Source: Lama guanicoe
Lineage: Eukaryota
Direction: 5' to 3'
DNA length: 64,000 nucleotides
Assembly: GCA_013239625.1 (NCBI GenBank)
Contig: MU054338.1
Span: 62,001 to 126,000, forward strand
This document shows, in pieces, positions 60,640 to 64,000 of this stretch (its first letter is position 1; each line of letters begins with the position of its first letter). The notes below the pieces were generated by a model, which did not search any database, was not told where the DNA came from, and was given only the letters and a program-made list of their open reading frames with translations. Made by a program: the position numbers and the translations under genes.

Positions 60640-61380
60640 CAAGTCCCCGGAGTCTCATACCTCGAATCCTGGGGCCTGGCGGGGCGATGGCCCTTCCCAG
60701 ATACCCCTTCCCCGCGCCCCCCAAGGTCTTCGATTCTGCTGAGGGGCGCTTTCTGGGTCGCAGGACGCCCCCACCCGGGTCCTCACTAGCTAGACTCTCC
60801 AGCCAACCGGAATGGGGACTCTGCTTCACCTGCGCATGCGTGCCCCCCTCCCACCTGCCGCCCTCTCCCCGCTCCTCCCCACGTGACGCCGTGGGAACCT
60901 GGACCCCAGCGGCTCCCGGGTGGGGGCGGCCAGCTGAGGGCCGGCTGGCGATGGGGGTCTGGGGCGATGGAGAGAGGAGGTGGGATGGAGAGGAGAGAGC
61001 TGGCTCTCAGGGTTCAGAGTGTCCAAGAGAAAGAAGTGGGGGATGGGAGCCCTTGTCCCCAGGCTGGGTCTCCAGCGAGGATGGGATCCCAGGGGTCCCG
61101 CCGGCGCACTCACCCGCACGATGTAGGAGACCCCAGGACCCAGGACCCTGGCGTCTGGGTGTAGCCAGCCGTGCGCCGGCTTGTGGATGAAGCTGCCTTT
61201 GCGGATCCACTCGGCGGCGGCGGCGTCCGGGGGCCCGGCCGACCCCCGCGCGCCCCGCGGCCCCCGCGCCCCAGCGGCCCGGCAGCGGCTGAGAGCAGGC
61301 AGGGGACAGGGCGCCATGCAGCGCGGCTCGCAGGCGCCCAGGACCGCGGCCGCCAGTGCAGGGACGCCGGCCGGACCAGC

Positions 61381-61417
<37 letters not shown>

Positions 61418-62770
61418 AGGTCGGTGGCCCCGGGGCCCCCGGCTGCCCGCGCCGCCGCTGGGCCGCGGCCCAGGAAGCCGGAGGGGGCCGCGAATTTCCA
61501 CTGCGGCATGCGCGGCAGCAGCGCGCAGAAGGTGGTGGGCGCCTCGGGCTCCGGGGGTGCGGGGGGCGCGGGGGGCGCGCGCCCGCCCGGACCCTGCGTC
61601 ATGGCCGCGGCCGCCCGACCGAGCCGGACCGGGCGCTGCGCCTGGCGCGGAGGAGGCCCTCCCGCTCCCTCCCGCTCGCTCCCCGCCCCCGGCCCAGTGA
61701 TGTCATCCGTCCGGCCCAGCGCGCAGCCGCGGGGGGCTGCACCCCTGGGACCCCCGTCCTTAGGCGTCCCGGCGCCTGGTAGGGAGGCTGGGGGAAACTG
61801 AGGCCCACCGAGGGCATGGGCGCCAACTCGGATCCGGCCGTCAGGGAAGCAGTGAAGTTTCGAACCCAGGAGCCGGGCGGCGACCCCTTACTTCGCCCCC
61901 TACCTGTCGCCCAAGTTCCTGGAAGGACACAGGTGGAAGAGGCTTACAAATCACCTCCCTTCTTCTCTTTGTGACTCGGGAAAACTGAAGTCTGGAGAGG
62001 GGCGGAGGCATGGTCAAGGACCTAAGGTCAGCCCCCTCCCTTCCCACTGTTCCAGCCAGGGTACTTGGAAATCACGCCGTGCTTTATTTCCTCCCAGGGA
62101 AACTGAGACTCAGAGAGGGGCGGGGGTCTGCCCGAGGGCACACAACGCGTACTCGGACCTCTCGGTGCCAGGCTGGGCTGTCTGCGACAGCCTCTGCCGC
62201 CTTAGCCTGGGCCTCGGTTTCACTGGCTCTAAGCCGGGGCTGGGGCTGGAGGGTTACGGGCTCCTCCTGCATTTCTAGGGAGCCCTGTCCGGCATCAATC
62301 CAACTGAACTCTTGGGCCTCAGCGTCGCAGGCCCGCCGGCTCCTCCATCAGCAGCCTCCTCGTCCCCCGCCAAGGCCTCAAGTGTTGTCGTCTCTGCACC
62401 AGGGAACGGACTGTCTCGGTCACCCCAGGACCCAGCCTCCCGGACCCGGGCTGGTCGGTCCCCCTCCCCCTCCAGCCCCGCCCCAGGCAGGGCTGGCTGC
62501 TGGGAAACAAAGGGAGGGAGCCGGGCTGGGGCAGGTGGGAAAGGAGGGGAAAGAGGGGCGAGGCCACCCGGAGCCGGATCGATAAATCAGAGGGTGAGAT
62601 CACTGCGCGGCCGCCGCCCGCAGACCCCGGGAGGAGGCGGTGATGTGGGCGGGGGGAGGCGGGGCGCGCGCGGCCGTGATTGGCCCGCGGGCGGGGCGGG
62701 GGGCGGTGCTGCTGTCGGACGCTTTGAGCCTCAGGCCTCGGGAGCTATTGTGCCTCTGCGGTCCGGGCTG
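60640..62770. promoter_or_regulatory. SHC2 promoter CpG island (with an upstream CCAAT/GC-box cluster at ~62600-62710)
   Basis: CpG-dense sequence; CCCCGCCCC near 61681; GATTGG plus GGGCGGGGCGGGG near 62678-62705. Confidence 0.85.
61114..61602 (-). CDS. SHC2: SHC2 (SHC adaptor protein 2, SCK/ShcB) exon 1
   Basis: MTQGPGGRAPPAPPAPPEPEAPTTFCALLPRMPQWKFAAP...EWIRKGSFIHKPAHGWLHPDARVLGPGVSYIVR; donor CGG|GTGAGT. Joined exons give 595 aa if exon 6 is 52 nt. Confidence 0.97.
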
Positions 62771-62985
62771 CAGAGGGCGTGGCCTTGGGGGTCAGTGGTT
62801 GGGGGTGACTTTTGTCGGGGTCTGGAGACCCCATCTGGACTCGTGCGTGTTCTCTGTCTCTGTTGTGGGTTCCAAACATGGGGACTGTGTGTGGGTTGGG
62901 TTGTGTGTATATTGTGCGCGGATGAGACCGTGTGTGAAAGAGGAGGGAATTTCGGCTCAGCTGTGTGTGTGTGTCTGTATTTGTA

Positions 62986-63132
62986 AAGGTCCTGTTGTGT
63001 CCCCAAGTGTGGGTGTAGGGTGTCCCGGTGTGTGTCCAGGTGTGTGTGCAGGGGTCCTGGTGTGTCCAGGTATGTGTTTGTAGGGGGTCCTGGTGTGTCC
63101 AGATGTATGTATGTAGGGGGTCCTAGTGTGTC
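62986..63132. repeat. ~32-bp GT-rich minisatellite, about 4 copies
   Basis: Repeated ...GTAGGGGGTCCTGGTGTGTCCAGGTGTGTG... units. Confidence 0.75.
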
Positions 63133-63872
63133 ACCTAGGGTCACCTAGTCTGGTGAAGGGGGTGTGTCCACGTTTGGCACCCCCAGGCTAGGGAAGAGGG
63201 CAGTAGGAGGGAGCTGACAGCCACCCAGGACCCTTCTGGGTCCCATGTGCTGTGCTGCCCCTGGGGCCATCTCCTCCAAGGAGCTGTGGCACAGTCTGTC
63301 TTTCCCAGACTCCGTGGTTAGGGCCCTTCTGGGCCTGGGGTTTATAAGGTGTCCTCACACGAAGGGGTCCCTTATGTGACGTCCTCCAGTTGTTTCCTTC
63401 CTGTCCCTGTGACAGAACGAAGGCCAGGGTTTCCTTCCCAGTATCAGAAGGGCACTGGCCTTCATGGCGTGCCCTCGGACAGGCGTCTAGTCTCCCTGAG
63501 CCCTCCTTTCCCCCTCCGTAGACTTGACTGCCTCTTGAGTTGCTGTGAGGCTTAGACGATCTTTATCAATATCTGGAACACAGCAGGCACCTACTGATGG
63601 CAGGTATTAGACTACATCCAATTCCTATACATCCTTCAAAGCCCAGCTTCAGTGGCCCCTCTTCCAGGAATCCTACCTGGCAGGCTTCCCCACTCAAAGC
63701 CCTGGCTCCACCTCTGGTCTCCTCCAGCCCTGGGCCCCTTCTCTGGTCCCATCCAGATCCCTACGGACTGCAGAGCTGGGGGTCTGAATCTTGAGAGCTG
63801 CATTCAGGGTTCTCTCCTGTGACGTGAACAGACAAAGGGTGTGTGCTATGACAATTCTCGGTGCCGTGGAGA

Positions 63873-63878
63873 TTTATT
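63873..63878 (-). terminator. Probable poly(A) signal of the neighbouring gene to the right (ODF3L2/CIMAP1D by synteny)
   Basis: Minus-strand AATAAA about 2.3 kb upstream of the SHC2 ATG. Identity rests only on recalled human gene order. Confidence 0.4.
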
Positions 63879-64000
63879 GGCCAGCAGCTAGAGGATGGGG
63901 CTGAGACCAGGGCTGTGCTTCCGTGAGGAGCTGGGATGAGCCCAAGTTTGGCAGAAACCCAAGCTGCGCTGAGGACCCAGGCCCTGGTGAGCGGATGCTG

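Noticed and set aside
61171..62986. Several 190-220 aa plus-strand ORFs at the SHC2 promoter
   Set aside because: Stop-poor CpG-island sequence with no domain features.

Overview
Mammalian genomic DNA, most likely camelid (tRNA-Ala-derived Vic-1-like SINEs), in a GC-rich block with the gene order of human 19p13.3. All host genes lie on the minus strand. From left to right: (1) a defective ~6.3 kb class I (gamma-like) ERV provirus on the plus strand (52-6357; tRNA-Thr PBS; gag fused to RNase H by a large internal deletion; IN; env), lying antisense in THEG/SPMAP2 intron 1. (2) THEG coding exon 1 (7213-6909). (3) A same-family solo LTR (14414-14892). (4) C2CD4C (CDS 29244-27982). (5) All of SHC2: 12 coding exons from 61602 to 36626 plus a non-coding last exon. 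(6) Probably the 3' end of ODF3L2/CIMAP1D at the right edge. Most notable observations: THEG exon 1 is bracketed by direct-repeat LTRs; the proviral LTRs are discordant and look mosaic; the ERV has an ERV3/HERV-E-like gag with a HERV-H/F-like env; SHC2 exon 6 has an apparent +1 base at its donor that frameshifts the gene (real allele or assembly error); SHC2 intron 4 holds a tandem array of octamer/POU motifs; and near-perfect RFX X-boxes occur at the THEG promoter and intergenically. I found no evidence for a wholly new coding system. Gene and repeat identities come from my recall of known sequences, not from database searches.
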